Below are positions 8,102-18,477 of a DNA stretch of 64,000 nt, in pieces (position 1 is the stretch's first letter; each line of letters starts with the position of its first letter). The notes beneath the pieces are model-generated. The model saw only the letters and a program-made list of their open reading frames with translations. It was not told the origin of the DNA and ran no database searches. The DNA lies in the IMG/VR virus record IMGVR_UViG_3300025016_000004; one strand, given 5' to 3'. This stretch comes from a virus. Taxonomy: Duplodnaviria; Caudoviricetes. The position numbers and the translations under genes were made by a program.

Positions 8102-11100
8102 ATGGCTAATTCAATAAATTATTTATCTCCCAATTTTAGAGATTTGTTATTAAACAGAAATTTAATATTATCTGATACTGTAACTAATAACGGTTTAAGT
8201 GTTTCTGCTATTGGTTTAGGTTCTCAAGCGAATATATCCACTAATTTTGATTCCATTCAACCATCTGAAAATTTAGAAGATTCAGGTGTTAATTATCGTA
8301 ATGATGTTATTAGTAGAAATAGATATACTTCAACCGAAGATATGGTTGCCGCAACCATAATAAACAATTCTTATAGTTATGCTCAACGTGATGGTGGTTA
8401 TATTGATGAGAATAAAGATTTAAATCTTGGTGGTTATGGAACCAAAAGTTTGGATGTTTTAGATAGTATTCTATCTCAAGAAGGTTTTGGATTAGGAAAT
8501 GGTAGTTTCACTTCTCAAGGTGACATCAGAACAACATTAGCTGGGAGGGCTCTAGGAGCCACTGGGGGTATAAATGAGACACCTTTAGGTATAATAGGTG
8601 GTCAACAGTTACTTTTAGCTTTGGGTCAAAGAGCGACCTTTAATGCGCAAAGAGAGTTATTCGGTCAAGTTAATCTTCAACCGTTTAGTTTATTAAGTGG
8701 GTCTGACTTTATTGTACCCGATAATAGTATTACTGTTAGAGGTACAACTGCTGGTAGAATTGGTGATTTAGCTTTAGATATTACAGGATTCAATTTACCA
8801 ATTGATATTATTGATGAAAACGCTTCAATTTTTACGAATAATGTAGACGTTAATATGAGTGAAGCTAGTTTATTAAGAAACGTTTCTTTAATCAAATATA
8901 CAGGTAAAGGACAATTACTTAGATTATTTGATAATCTTAATTTAAATGAATTTAAACCTGCATATACTTCAGATGGTGCTGGTAGAAGTAAATTAGGTGT
9001 TACTGACCCTCGTGAATATAACGTAAATACTAGTGGTGTAACTTTAAATTCACTTGAGTTTAGTCCACTTAATGGTTTACCTGTTGCAAGTCAAACAGAA
9101 TTTAACGGAAGTGATTCAATTTGGAACCCAAATTCAACTTTTAGTGATACTGGTGATTTATTATCTAAAACTAAAGATTTATTCAATGATATTGTAAAAT
9201 ATAAAATTAATTTCGATGCTCAAGGTACACCTTTAGTTGATTTCTCACAATTAAACACACCATCAGGTAATAGATTATCTAAAAGTAGTGGGGTTTTAAG
9301 TCAAGATTATCTAATGGGTAGTTCTGATATTGATAATGTGTTTTGTAGAACATGGACATCAACTAAAACTTATGGTTCAGTTAGTGATTTACAAAAAAAT
9401 AGCGGGTTATTTAATTATAGAGATAAAATTAGGAATGATATTGAAGATTCTGTATTAGGTAGTAATGGTTTTGTTAAAATTTCACCTTATAAAATACCTG
9501 ATAGCGGTGCTGTTGACCCTTATGAGGCTAAGAAATTCATGTTTTCAATTGAAAACTTAGCTTGGAATGATTCATTAGAAAACTTACCTAAATTTGAAAT
9601 TGGTAATGGTGACCCTAAAACAGGAACTAAAGGTAGAATTATGTGGTTTCCACCATATGACATAAAATTTACTGACACAACAACAATTGATTGGGATTCA
9701 ACTAAATTCATTGGTAGAGGAGAACCAGTTTATACTTATAATAATACTGAAAGAAGTGGTACTTTAGCATTTAAAGTAATAATTGATTATCCTGATTATA
9801 TGAATAATAGTAAAATTATTACTAATGAATTAATGGCTAGTTTAGTTGCTGGTTGCACTGATTATAACCAATATTTTTCACAAAATGAATTAGCTCAATT
9901 ACAAGAAGAAATAAATGCTGATATTAAATTAGAAGAAGAATTTATAGCTACGGACGTTTATTTACCAGATAATTTTAACTTTTATTTCCCTAATGACGTT
10001 GCTTCGTTATATCCAGATTATGAAGATAACAATGCGATATCCCCACTTATTACATATTCTGAAGGTTACACATCAAGTGTAGGAACACCTTCCAATAACT
10101 GGACTCAATATGGATTAAATACTCGTTGGAATGTAGTAGGGTTTTCAGATTTAATTAAAGAGGCTGTATTACAAAATAATGGTATAGCTATTAAATTAAG
10201 TGGTTATGCAAGTAAAGTTGGGACTGCTGAATCAAATATAAGATTATCTGATGCTAGAATTGCAACAGTAAAACAATGGTTTCAAACTAATGTTAAAAGT
10301 GATATAAGATTTGTAGAAACAACATCAAGAGGTGATAAAGATGCTACTTCTGATGCTACTTATAGAGTAGATTCTGAGTTGGTTAAAAAAGAAAGAGCTG
10401 TGATAGTCGAATTCATTTATCAACCTGAATACGATGAACAAATATCAAATGTTACGGATATTAAGACAGAAAAAACAAATTCCGCAGCTAAAGAAATTAT
10501 ACGTAGAGTCACGAATAGATTCCATCGTGAAGATGAATATTTTGAGAAATTAAAGAAAAGTGATTCTCAAAGTGATAAAATTATTTATAATAATATTAGG
10601 GAGAAAATAAAATTCTTTCACCCAGCATTTCATTCAACAACACCAGAAGGATTTAATTCTAGATTAACATTTTTACAACAATGTACTAGGCAAGGCCCAA
10701 CTAATAAAACTAACAAGAGTAATAATTTAGCTTTTGGAAAACCACCAGTATGTATTTTAAGAATTGGTGATTTTTATCACACTAAAATAATAATTAATAG
10801 CCTTGGGATAGATTATGAACCATTGGTTTGGGATTTAAATCCAGAAGGTGTTGGAGTTCAACCAATGATAGCAAATGTTAATATATCATTTAAATTCATT
10901 GGTGGAAGTGCGTTAAATGGGCCTATAAATAAATTACAAAATGCTGTTTCTTTTAATTATTTTGCCAATTCGGGTGTTTATGACCCTAGAGCTGATAGAT
11001 GGGTTAGGAAAGAAAAAATAAACCCAACAAAACCAGAATTATTTGACCCTTTAGAAGGTGTTACTAATTTAAGAGAGTTTGCTGAAGAAGCTTATGACCC

Positions 11101-11569
11101 ATTTAAGAAACCAAAAACCTCACTAAAAAATGATGAAAATACTGTAGCTGAAGTTGAAGCTAAAAAACAAAGTGAAGTAAATGCAACTACCATTTCAGAT
11201 GAGCAGATATTTAAAAATCTTGGATGGACTGTAAAATTTAATAGTTTTGTAAATTTAGGTACCACAAATACTTTTGATTTAACTTATACTAGTGGAGGTA
11301 GTTACCCATTAACTAGTCTTTCTAAAAATTATGGCTATAAAATCGAAATTGGAACTTCAAGTGGGTTTAAAATAATTATGACTGGGCAATTTAATTCTAC
11401 GTCACCTAACAGTGCGGTTATAAATTCTTCAGCATCAATACCTAATACAACTTGGAATCAATCAGAGTATGGTACTGGTAATAAATCATTTAAATTTTCT
11501 TTAACGAGTGGTGGTCTTACTTATACTGAAACAATAATAGTTGATGTAGAAACTGGTTTAGAGATTTAA
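8102..11569 (+). CDS. Baseplate / tube-initiator-like protein (gp48/gp54-like segments) with inserted OmpA-like domain
   Basis: 1155 aa; tube-fold-like segments MWFPPYDIKFTDT...GRGEPVYTYNNTERSG and LRIGDFYHTKIII...WDLNPEG; OmpA-C-like GYASKVGTAESNIRLSDARIATV. Confidence 0.65.
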   Translation: MANSINYLSPNFRDLLLNRNLILSDTVTNNGLSVSAIGLGSQANISTNFDSIQPSENLEDSGVNYRNDVISRNRYTSTEDMVAATIINNSYSYAQRDGGYIDENKDLNLGGYGTKSLDVLDSILSQEGFGLGNGSFTSQGDIRTTLAGRALGATGGINETPLGIIGGQQLLLALGQRATFNAQRELFGQVNLQPFSLLSGSDFIVPDNSITVRGTTAGRIGDLALDITGFNLPIDIIDENASIFTNNVDVNMSEASLLRNVSLIKYTGKGQLLRLFDNLNLNEFKPAYTSDGAGRSKLGVTDPREYNVNTSGVTLNSLEFSPLNGLPVASQTEFNGSDSIWNPNSTFSDTGDLLSKTKDLFNDIVKYKINFDAQGTPLVDFSQLNTPSGNRLSKSSGVLSQDYLMGSSDIDNVFCRTWTSTKTYGSVSDLQKNSGLFNYRDKIRNDIEDSVLGSNGFVKISPYKIPDSGAVDPYEAKKFMFSIENLAWNDSLENLPKFEIGNGDPKTGTKGRIMWFPPYDIKFTDTTTIDWDSTKFIGRGEPVYTYNNTERSGTLAFKVIIDYPDYMNNSKIITNELMASLVAGCTDYNQYFSQNELAQLQEEINADIKLEEEFIATDVYLPDNFNFYFPNDVASLYPDYEDNNAISPLITYSEGYTSSVGTPSNNWTQYGLNTRWNVVGFSDLIKEAVLQNNGIAIKLSGYASKVGTAESNIRLSDARIATVKQWFQTNVKSDIRFVETTSRGDKDATSDATYRVDSELVKKERAVIVEFIYQPEYDEQISNVTDIKTEKTNSAAKEIIRRVTNRFHREDEYFEKLKKSDSQSDKIIYNNIREKIKFFHPAFHSTTPEGFNSRLTFLQQCTRQGPTNKTNKSNNLAFGKPPVCILRIGDFYHTKIIINSLGIDYEPLVWDLNPEGVGVQPMIANVNISFKFIGGSALNGPINKLQNAVSFNYFANSGVYDPRADRWVRKEKINPTKPELFDPLEGVTNLREFAEEAYDPFKKPKTSLKNDENTVAEVEAKKQSEVNATTISDEQIFKNLGWTVKFNSFVNLGTTNTFDLTYTSGGSYPLTSLSKNYGYKIEIGTSSGFKIIMTGQFNSTSPNSAVINSSASIPNTTWNQSEYGTGNKSFKFSLTSGGLTYTETIIVDVETGLEI

Positions 11570-11580
11570 AATTAAAAATT

Positions 11581-11901
11581 ATGGCACAAAAATATTTAGA
11601 TAGATACGATAGGTTTAGGAGTGACAATGACTATAAACCAATCCCTGGAATTAAGATACCAGAAAAAAATACAGATAAGTACTTGATTTATAAGGTTGGT
11701 AGCACTAGATTTGATGTGTTGAGTCAAAAATATTACGATACACCTTATTATGGGTGGTTAATTATGTTAGCAAACCCAGAATTTGGAGGTTTAGAATTCA
11801 ACATACCAAATAATAAAATAATTAGGGTACCATTCCCTTTCGTTACATCTATTAATGATTATTTAGATGAAATAGATATATATTTCAAATTGTATGGCTA
11901 A
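11581..11901 (+). CDS. LysM-like baseplate protein (T4 gp53 / P2 gpX-like)
   Basis: 106 aa; RFDVLSQKYYDTPYYGWLIMLANP motif; position before the hub gene. Confidence 0.7.
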   Translation: MAQKYLDRYDRFRSDNDYKPIPGIKIPEKNTDKYLIYKVGSTRFDVLSQKYYDTPYYGWLIMLANPEFGGLEFNIPNNKIIRVPFPFVTSINDYLDEIDIYFKLYG

Positions 11902-14900
11902 TTTAAAGTCGAATGTTAAAGTTACTAAAGTTAAGAATCTTTGGGTTATAGACCCAAATGGTGAAGACTCTACAGCAGCTAATTTAGAAGATTTAAATAT
12001 ATCTGTTGAGTTAGAAGTTTTAGTAAGAGGTGATGACCCTATAATTTATTCTAAAAATAATATAAACGCTACTAACCCTACCAGTAATGAAGTAACTAGA
12101 ATTAGTTTTATTGATGGTTCTGGTAATGAAGAAAAGTATTTAACAACTCACTACACTGAATTAAACACTAAATTTAATAGGGATAATAAAGATTTGGGTA
12201 CATTAGGTATCGAGACAATAGATATTAGTTTTAACACTTCATATGTACCTATTGTAAAAATCAAATTCAAAGATATAAGAGGTCAATTATTTGAATTAGG
12301 TGAAGAGTCACCATATTCATTTTTATTTAAAATGCCTTACCCAATATTTTATTTAACTGTTAAAGGTTATTACGGAAAACCCGTTCAATATGCTTTACAT
12401 ATGACTAAATTTAACGGTAATTTAGATAATGAAACGGGTAGTTTTATTATTACATGTGATTTTATTGGTTATACATATGCATTTTTATCTGATTTATTAA
12501 TGGGTATATTAAAAGGAACGCCTTACACACAAAAAGGTATTAATGCTATTAAATCCATTCAAGGGTTTACAACTTTTGAAGAATTACGAAGTATTGTTAA
12601 AAAATTGGAAGATTATATCATTAAATTCAGAGAAGATAATAAACAATTAAAGGCGTTAACCATTTATGATAAATTAAATACGAAATTACTTTCCATTGAA
12701 CAATCATTAACAAATGTGTTTCCATTAATATTTGAAGGTTATACTAAACTTACTGACACTGGGGTAACCACAGCTCAAAACATGGCTGTAGCTATGAATA
12801 CCAATGTAAATTATTTCACAAATAATCCTGATTATTTAAAACCATATACATTATCTGACACTACTAAAAAAGAATATAAAAATTCCACATTAAAATTAGT
12901 TGAAGAATATAATGAGTTAAACCAAGTTAAAGGGGATTCAAAAACTTTTAAGTTAAATATTGAAGATTTTCAATTGGATAGTAATGGAATATTTTATAAT
13001 AATTTTAAAGTAGCAGATTTTATTCGTAAAAACGAATTTAATATAGCTACTACATCATTTTATTCATTTGATGAATTTCAAAAAAGTAAGGATATTAAAA
13101 AATACCTTAATTTTAAAATAAAAGAACAAAATGACACTTTTATTAAAGAAATGTATGGGTATACGCTTGATATAATTAATAAAAAGTATAGAGATAATAA
13201 TTTAATAACCGACCCTTCAATAAAAAACATGGTTGATATTAGATTTGCATTAAATAAAGTTAGATTAACTAGGGAAAAATTACAAGAGGAATTTGATAAA
13301 AATAAAAAGTTAGTAACTGAATCTTTCACTCAAGATATTAACAGTTTCTTAAAAAAAGAAGGAACTAAATTTGACGCTTCAATAGGGTCTTTATTTAAAA
13401 TTTTATGTGACCATGTTGATTTATTTATTGATGTTGTTAAAAACCTTGAAGAAGAAATAGAAAATGACCGAAAAAATGGTAATAGAAATTTACAAGCAGC
13501 TGATAAAAGAAATTTTACTGAATTTATAAGCATTAACGGTTCTAATCAAATTGCGGTTGCACCATTTCCAGAATATGTAGAAGATGAAGGTAAAGACACC
13601 AACGGTGATGGTACTTTGGTTGAAAAATGGTTAGGTTCTAAGCGTAAATTTAGTGAATATGCTGAAGTTAAATTTATCAACGATTTATACGATTCTATTA
13701 AAATGGCCGCTAAAAAGGATAAAGAAATAATAGAGGGTATTTACGCTGACTCTAAAGCGTGGTTTCCAATAAACCCATTAGAAACATTAGCGTTTGATGA
13801 AAACAATGAAAATCCTTGGAATAGCGTAATCCATTCTAACATACAACCAGCCATGAAATTGATTGTTCAAAGAATGGCATTATTTTTAGGTTTTTCGCAT
13901 AAAAATTTAACTATTGAAGAAATTACTGAAGTAGCTAAAATTGAAGCTAATCAAGCCTATAACACTCTTATAGATGTTAAAAATGTTATAATAGAACCTA
14001 ACGGTAATATTGATACACAAATAAAAACATATTTTGGTGATAGTCAAGAAACATTTGGTAAAGTAGGCACATTTCATGGATTAAGATTATATTATAATAA
14101 AAGTTTTTTAGGTGGGGATAAAATTGTTTATCATCACGATAAACCAGATATTGGTAATGGTGGTTTTAAAAATTTTAATGATGCATTTAATAACAGACCA
14201 GAATTTATTCCAATTAACCAAACAACCAAATCTTTAGATAGTAAATTTAATGAATTAAATACAAATACTGGTAGAAGTTATTTTAATGGTACGTTTATTA
14301 GTAATGTAATATCTAATAGTCAATTGAATGAGGGTACAAATAATGAGATTGAATATGAAAAATTTATTAAAATAATAGATAAAAGTGATTATACTAAACA
14401 ATTAATTTACGAAAGTTATGTAACGGGTGGTGACGGTAATGGTGTTGTAAGCGAAATGGCTGAAAATGAGTTAGTGAGTACACATAATACATTACTTGGT
14501 GGTCGATATAGAACACATGAATTCATGACATACAAAACTCCAAAAAGTGAATCACCTTTATTTTATGAATTTTATGATATAAGATTAAAAGAAAATCTTA
14601 TAAGTAGAGCTGGTGATGAAGGTAAAAATTTTATTTTTAATTCAAATTTTAAAAGTAATAAAAAAATTTATAATTTATTTGGTTCTAGATTTTATTATAA
14701 TCAAACAGATAATTATAGTAAAGCTTTATTATTTTTACATTCAATACCTTTTGAAGGACTTTTATATAAAAATTCTTATGAAATTTTACCTTTAGGGTTA
14801 TTGAGTAATAAAACTTTAAAATATTTTAATGAAAGGGCTGGGTTTACTTCAATCCCATATTCTTGGATTTTGTTTATGGGTGGTTTATTATTTAGAAATT

Positions 14901-17206
14901 CTAAATCTTCAGATATTCTTAAATATAGTATAACAAAAATTGGTGATGAAAGTTTAATTCCTAATATAAATAATGTTGAAATCAATAAAGATGAATACTT
15001 AATTTATTCATCAATTAGTAGTACACCAATAAATTTTAATACTGTTAGTATAGGTTCTACTAAGTACGAACAACTTTCAGATGTAATTAAAAATTTACCA
15101 AATAGTGTTAAAGATATTTTCATCAATGAGTTTATTAATTGGGTTGATAGTGAAAATGGTTGGTTAAATATACAGAATAATTTAGAAATTTTTGATGATA
15201 CCACATCAGATGACCAAATAATTACAATTTGGAATAACTTAAAAGTCAACCCTAATGATACGACAGGATTTAAAACAAATGTTTCAACTAATTATAAAGT
15301 TATACCAAATAACGAAAAGGGTTATTTTGATTTAGAAATCATAACCGCTAGTCCAGCGTCAAATGATACATTCTTATTTCTTATTGATGAAAAAGTTTTA
15401 ATAAACGGAACTTATAGAATTTGGGAAGGTAAAACTGATAGAATTAGTAATTTTGAAATTCCATCAATTCAACAAAAAGAATATCTTAGTACATTTTTTT
15501 CCACATATAAAACCTTAAATGCTACATCAACTAACCCTGATGCAGAAATTAATAAAAATTTATTTGGCACTGATAAAGTTGATGATATTAAATTAGGGTT
15601 ATATAAAAATATTAAATCTATTTATAATAAATGGATTCTTGGTGTACATCCAAGTATGGAATCTATAATAACTGGTAATTTATACAAAAATTTTAACTTT
15701 CTAGATAGGGCTTATATTGATATTAGCGGTAAATTTAAAGTTTCACCTACTGGATTCGTAGATTACCTATCAAGTAATTCAAACATTAGTTTTTATAATT
15801 TTATTGCTAGAATACTTAGAGATAATAACTTTGATTTTATTCCATTACCAACATTTATTGATTATTCTTCTAAAGAAAGTGTTACTAGTATATTTGAACC
15901 ATATAATTTTAATGATTCAGTTACTGCCACTAACCCACAATTTATTTGTATGTATTTTGGTGAACAATCAAATCAATTAAACATTGATAAAAAAAACACA
16001 AAAAGACCTAATGATAGTTTTTCATTACCAAGTAAATATGACCCAAAAACTGGTGAATTAATAATCACAGATACGGAATTACCAACAGATTTTAAAGATG
16101 GTGGTCAAAACATACCTTATTTTTTAGTTAATTATGTAGACCAAAACCAATCAATATTTAAAGAAATTCATTTAGACCAAAGTGAATTTACTGAAACAAA
16201 TGAAAGTCTTGAAATTATCGATAGTCTTTCTAAATTGAATAGAAATAACTCAATTGGTCAAAACTTATTCGATATTTATAATAATAGAGCATACTCAGTT
16301 GAAGTTGAAATGTTAGGTTGTGCACAAATTCAACCATTTATGTTATTCCAAATTAATAATGTCCCTATTTTTGATGGTGCTTACACTATTATTAATACTA
16401 GACATCATATTAAAGCTAATCATATGACAACCACATTTAAAGGGGTTAGAATTAGAAGGATTAAAACTAAAATGGTTGATGATGAAACACTATATGCACA
16501 TTTATTAGCTAACTTAGATGAAGTCGATTCTAAGGGGGCTTCATTAAGCGATTTAAGTAATGTTGGTAGTAATACAAATTATATTTTTACTAAACCTACA
16601 ACAGCAGAACTCAACCAGAATCAAGTCGCTGTTAAACAATATTTTAAAGATAGAGGGTATAATAAAGAAATTGTTGCTGGAATCATGGGTAATATGGAGA
16701 TTGAATCAAGTTTTAATTTATCAGCCGTAAACTCAAGAGATACAAATGAATTAGTATCAATAGGTTTAATACAATGGAATTTTGGTTCATACCCCGATGT
16801 ATTTCAATTATATTCAAGTGGTATATTTTCAACTGTTGAACAACAATTAGATTATTTAACAAAAATGGAAACGTGGGATAAATTTATAAAAGAAGTAAAT
16901 ATAATCACACCACCTGTAACATATTATGATGAACAATATGTTGCATTTTTATTTGCTCATTATGTGGAAGTATGTTGTGGTTGCGCTAGAACTAAAGGTT
17001 ATAACACTTTAAATGAAATTTATAGTGGGCCATATACTAAAGGTTGGGGATGTCCACAAGATGACCCAAATGCTACCATATTTTTTCCACATAAACGAAG
17101 TCAAGCTGCATCATACTTTATGAAAAGATTTAATAACCCAAAAGATGCATTATATTGGAAAGAACCCACTGTAGAAATAAATCATGGATTTATTTCTTCA
17201 ATTTAA
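11894..17206 (+). CDS. Large baseplate hub protein with C-terminal phage tail lysozyme domain
   Basis: 1770 aa; hub-like C-proximal VEMLGCAQIQPFMLFQINNVPIFDGAYTII..TRH; lysozyme-like VAGIMGNMEIESSFN...SIGLIQWN. Confidence 0.7.
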   Translation: MANLKSNVKVTKVKNLWVIDPNGEDSTAANLEDLNISVELEVLVRGDDPIIYSKNNINATNPTSNEVTRISFIDGSGNEEKYLTTHYTELNTKFNRDNKDLGTLGIETIDISFNTSYVPIVKIKFKDIRGQLFELGEESPYSFLFKMPYPIFYLTVKGYYGKPVQYALHMTKFNGNLDNETGSFIITCDFIGYTYAFLSDLLMGILKGTPYTQKGINAIKSIQGFTTFEELRSIVKKLEDYIIKFREDNKQLKALTIYDKLNTKLLSIEQSLTNVFPLIFEGYTKLTDTGVTTAQNMAVAMNTNVNYFTNNPDYLKPYTLSDTTKKEYKNSTLKLVEEYNELNQVKGDSKTFKLNIEDFQLDSNGIFYNNFKVADFIRKNEFNIATTSFYSFDEFQKSKDIKKYLNFKIKEQNDTFIKEMYGYTLDIINKKYRDNNLITDPSIKNMVDIRFALNKVRLTREKLQEEFDKNKKLVTESFTQDINSFLKKEGTKFDASIGSLFKILCDHVDLFIDVVKNLEEEIENDRKNGNRNLQAADKRNFTEFISINGSNQIAVAPFPEYVEDEGKDTNGDGTLVEKWLGSKRKFSEYAEVKFINDLYDSIKMAAKKDKEIIEGIYADSKAWFPINPLETLAFDENNENPWNSVIHSNIQPAMKLIVQRMALFLGFSHKNLTIEEITEVAKIEANQAYNTLIDVKNVIIEPNGNIDTQIKTYFGDSQETFGKVGTFHGLRLYYNKSFLGGDKIVYHHDKPDIGNGGFKNFNDAFNNRPEFIPINQTTKSLDSKFNELNTNTGRSYFNGTFISNVISNSQLNEGTNNEIEYEKFIKIIDKSDYTKQLIYESYVTGGDGNGVVSEMAENELVSTHNTLLGGRYRTHEFMTYKTPKSESPLFYEFYDIRLKENLISRAGDEGKNFIFNSNFKSNKKIYNLFGSRFYYNQTDNYSKALLFLHSIPFEGLLYKNSYEILPLGLLSNKTLKYFNERAGFTSIPYSWILFMGGLLFRNSKSSDILKYSITKIGDESLIPNINNVEINKDEYLIYSSISSTPINFNTVSIGSTKYEQLSDVIKNLPNSVKDIFINEFINWVDSENGWLNIQNNLEIFDDTTSDDQIITIWNNLKVNPNDTTGFKTNVSTNYKVIPNNEKGYFDLEIITASPASNDTFLFLIDEKVLINGTYRIWEGKTDRISNFEIPSIQQKEYLSTFFSTYKTLNATSTNPDAEINKNLFGTDKVDDIKLGLYKNIKSIYNKWILGVHPSMESIITGNLYKNFNFLDRAYIDISGKFKVSPTGFVDYLSSNSNISFYNFIARILRDNNFDFIPLPTFIDYSSKESVTSIFEPYNFNDSVTATNPQFICMYFGEQSNQLNIDKKNTKRPNDSFSLPSKYDPKTGELIITDTELPTDFKDGGQNIPYFLVNYVDQNQSIFKEIHLDQSEFTETNESLEIIDSLSKLNRNNSIGQNLFDIYNNRAYSVEVEMLGCAQIQPFMLFQINNVPIFDGAYTIINTRHHIKANHMTTTFKGVRIRRIKTKMVDDETLYAHLLANLDEVDSKGASLSDLSNVGSNTNYIFTKPTTAELNQNQVAVKQYFKDRGYNKEIVAGIMGNMEIESSFNLSAVNSRDTNELVSIGLIQWNFGSYPDVFQLYSSGIFSTVEQQLDYLTKMETWDKFIKEVNIITPPVTYYDEQYVAFLFAHYVEVCCGCARTKGYNTLNEIYSGPYTKGWGCPQDDPNATIFFPHKRSQAASYFMKRFNNPKDALYWKEPTVEINHGFISSI

Positions 17207-17209
17207 TTA

Positions 17210-17243
17210 TTTGTTTTTTTAATTATTTTTTAGTATCTTTGCA
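17210..17243 (+). promoter_or_regulatory. Bacteroidota-type housekeeping promoter (-33/-7)
   Basis: TTTG (17210-13)-N20-TAtcTTTG (17234-41) then CA; ATG follows at 17246. Confidence 0.6.
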
Positions 17244-17245
17244 AT

Positions 17246-17857
17246 ATGGAAATAGCTAATATTGTTTGTACTGATGTAATAAATGTTGGCCCAGAGTTTA
17301 ACGTTGTTAAATCTTTGGACGATATTATATACACCAATTTACCAACTTTAATCATAGGGTATGAAACAGTGGTGGATTTATATGGTATTGACAATATCAA
17401 TGTATTAAATAGAAGTATTAATAAAAATATCTTTTGGACATTTAGACGAACTGTTGAACGTAAAATATATGAGCCAGACCTTGAGGACTTTATGAGGCAT
17501 GCATATAAAAAAGCTATTGAAAATATAAACTATGTAGATTTAGATGTAATTCAATTTGATAGAAGTAAATTATATAAAATTGTTAAAAAAATACTTAAAT
17601 TAAAAGACCCAATTTCTTATAAAAATGAGAATAATGTAATATATATTTATTCGGGTAATTTAATCTTTGGTGTTGACTTGAATTTATTGAATTTTGTAGG
17701 GTCTAATATTGAAAAAGCTGAGAAAAAAATAATTAAGAAAAGCAAGGTGTTTCTGGAAGGTAGTGAGATACTTATTGAATATAATAACCATTTGGAACGA
17801 TTAAATTACGATTGTAAGTATGTTCCATTGTTATATTCAATTAATCCACATGAATAA
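17246..17857 (+). CDS. Hypothetical protein
   Basis: 203-aa ORF behind a host-type promoter. Confidence 0.75.
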   Translation: MEIANIVCTDVINVGPEFNVVKSLDDIIYTNLPTLIIGYETVVDLYGIDNINVLNRSINKNIFWTFRRTVERKIYEPDLEDFMRHAYKKAIENINYVDLDVIQFDRSKLYKIVKKILKLKDPISYKNENNVIYIYSGNLIFGVDLNLLNFVGSNIEKAEKKIIKKSKVFLEGSEILIEYNNHLERLNYDCKYVPLLYSINPHE

Positions 17858-18254
17858 AAAAATATTAATAGCCTCTTTTATAGATAAGGAGGTGTTAAAA
17901 GAGTTCTTAATATATATTCAAAACACCTTTGAGGTAGATTCAGATAAAGTTTTTATATTTGAAAGCCTCCAAGATAAATCCCAATATATCTTAACTTTTT
18001 TTATAGAATTACCGCTAGGGGGACATATAAACCTTAGAAAACACTTCAAAAACGCCTTAATAGTTCATAAAAAGAAAAAGACTTTTTATACGATAAATGC
18101 GTTAAATACGTTAATAGAAACTGAATTTGATTTACCAAAAGGTAATATCAATTATAAACAGTGGAAGATTGATTGGAGTAAATATGAAAACCAATTAATA
18201 ATAAATAGTAACAATAATTTGGTTTTAATAGACTTAAAACGGTTTTTTTGCTAA
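17850..18254 (+). CDS. Hypothetical protein
   Basis: ATG 17850 overlaps the upstream stop and is preferred over track start 17820; HKKKKTFYTINALN motif. Confidence 0.7.
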   Translation: MNKKILIASFIDKEVLKEFLIYIQNTFEVDSDKVFIFESLQDKSQYILTFFIELPLGGHINLRKHFKNALIVHKKKKTFYTINALNTLIETEFDLPKGNINYKQWKIDWSKYENQLIINSNNNLVLIDLKRFFC

Positions 18255-18300
18255 TTTCTCTCTATTTATATTAAAATAAGTACTTTAAATATTTAATATT

Positions 18301-18477
18301 ATGGAGAAAAATAAATTAGACGATTTAAATAGGTTTTTGGAAGGTGATAATGAAGAAGGAACTGTTTGTGATTTAGATGGTAATTGCAGACCTAAACTTA
18401 TTAAGGTTGATAAGAGTATTGTTGAAAGAGTCAACAAAAAAATAATAATTGAAGACGGAAGACAACTTTTAATGTAA
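18301..18477 (+). CDS. Small hypothetical protein (58 aa)
   Basis: Not in track; MEKNKLDDLNRFLEGDNEEGTVCDLDGNCRPK...EDGRQLLM; TATTTAT upstream; stop overlaps the next ATG. Confidence 0.65.
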   Translation: MEKNKLDDLNRFLEGDNEEGTVCDLDGNCRPKLIKVDKSIVERVNKKIIIEDGRQLLM

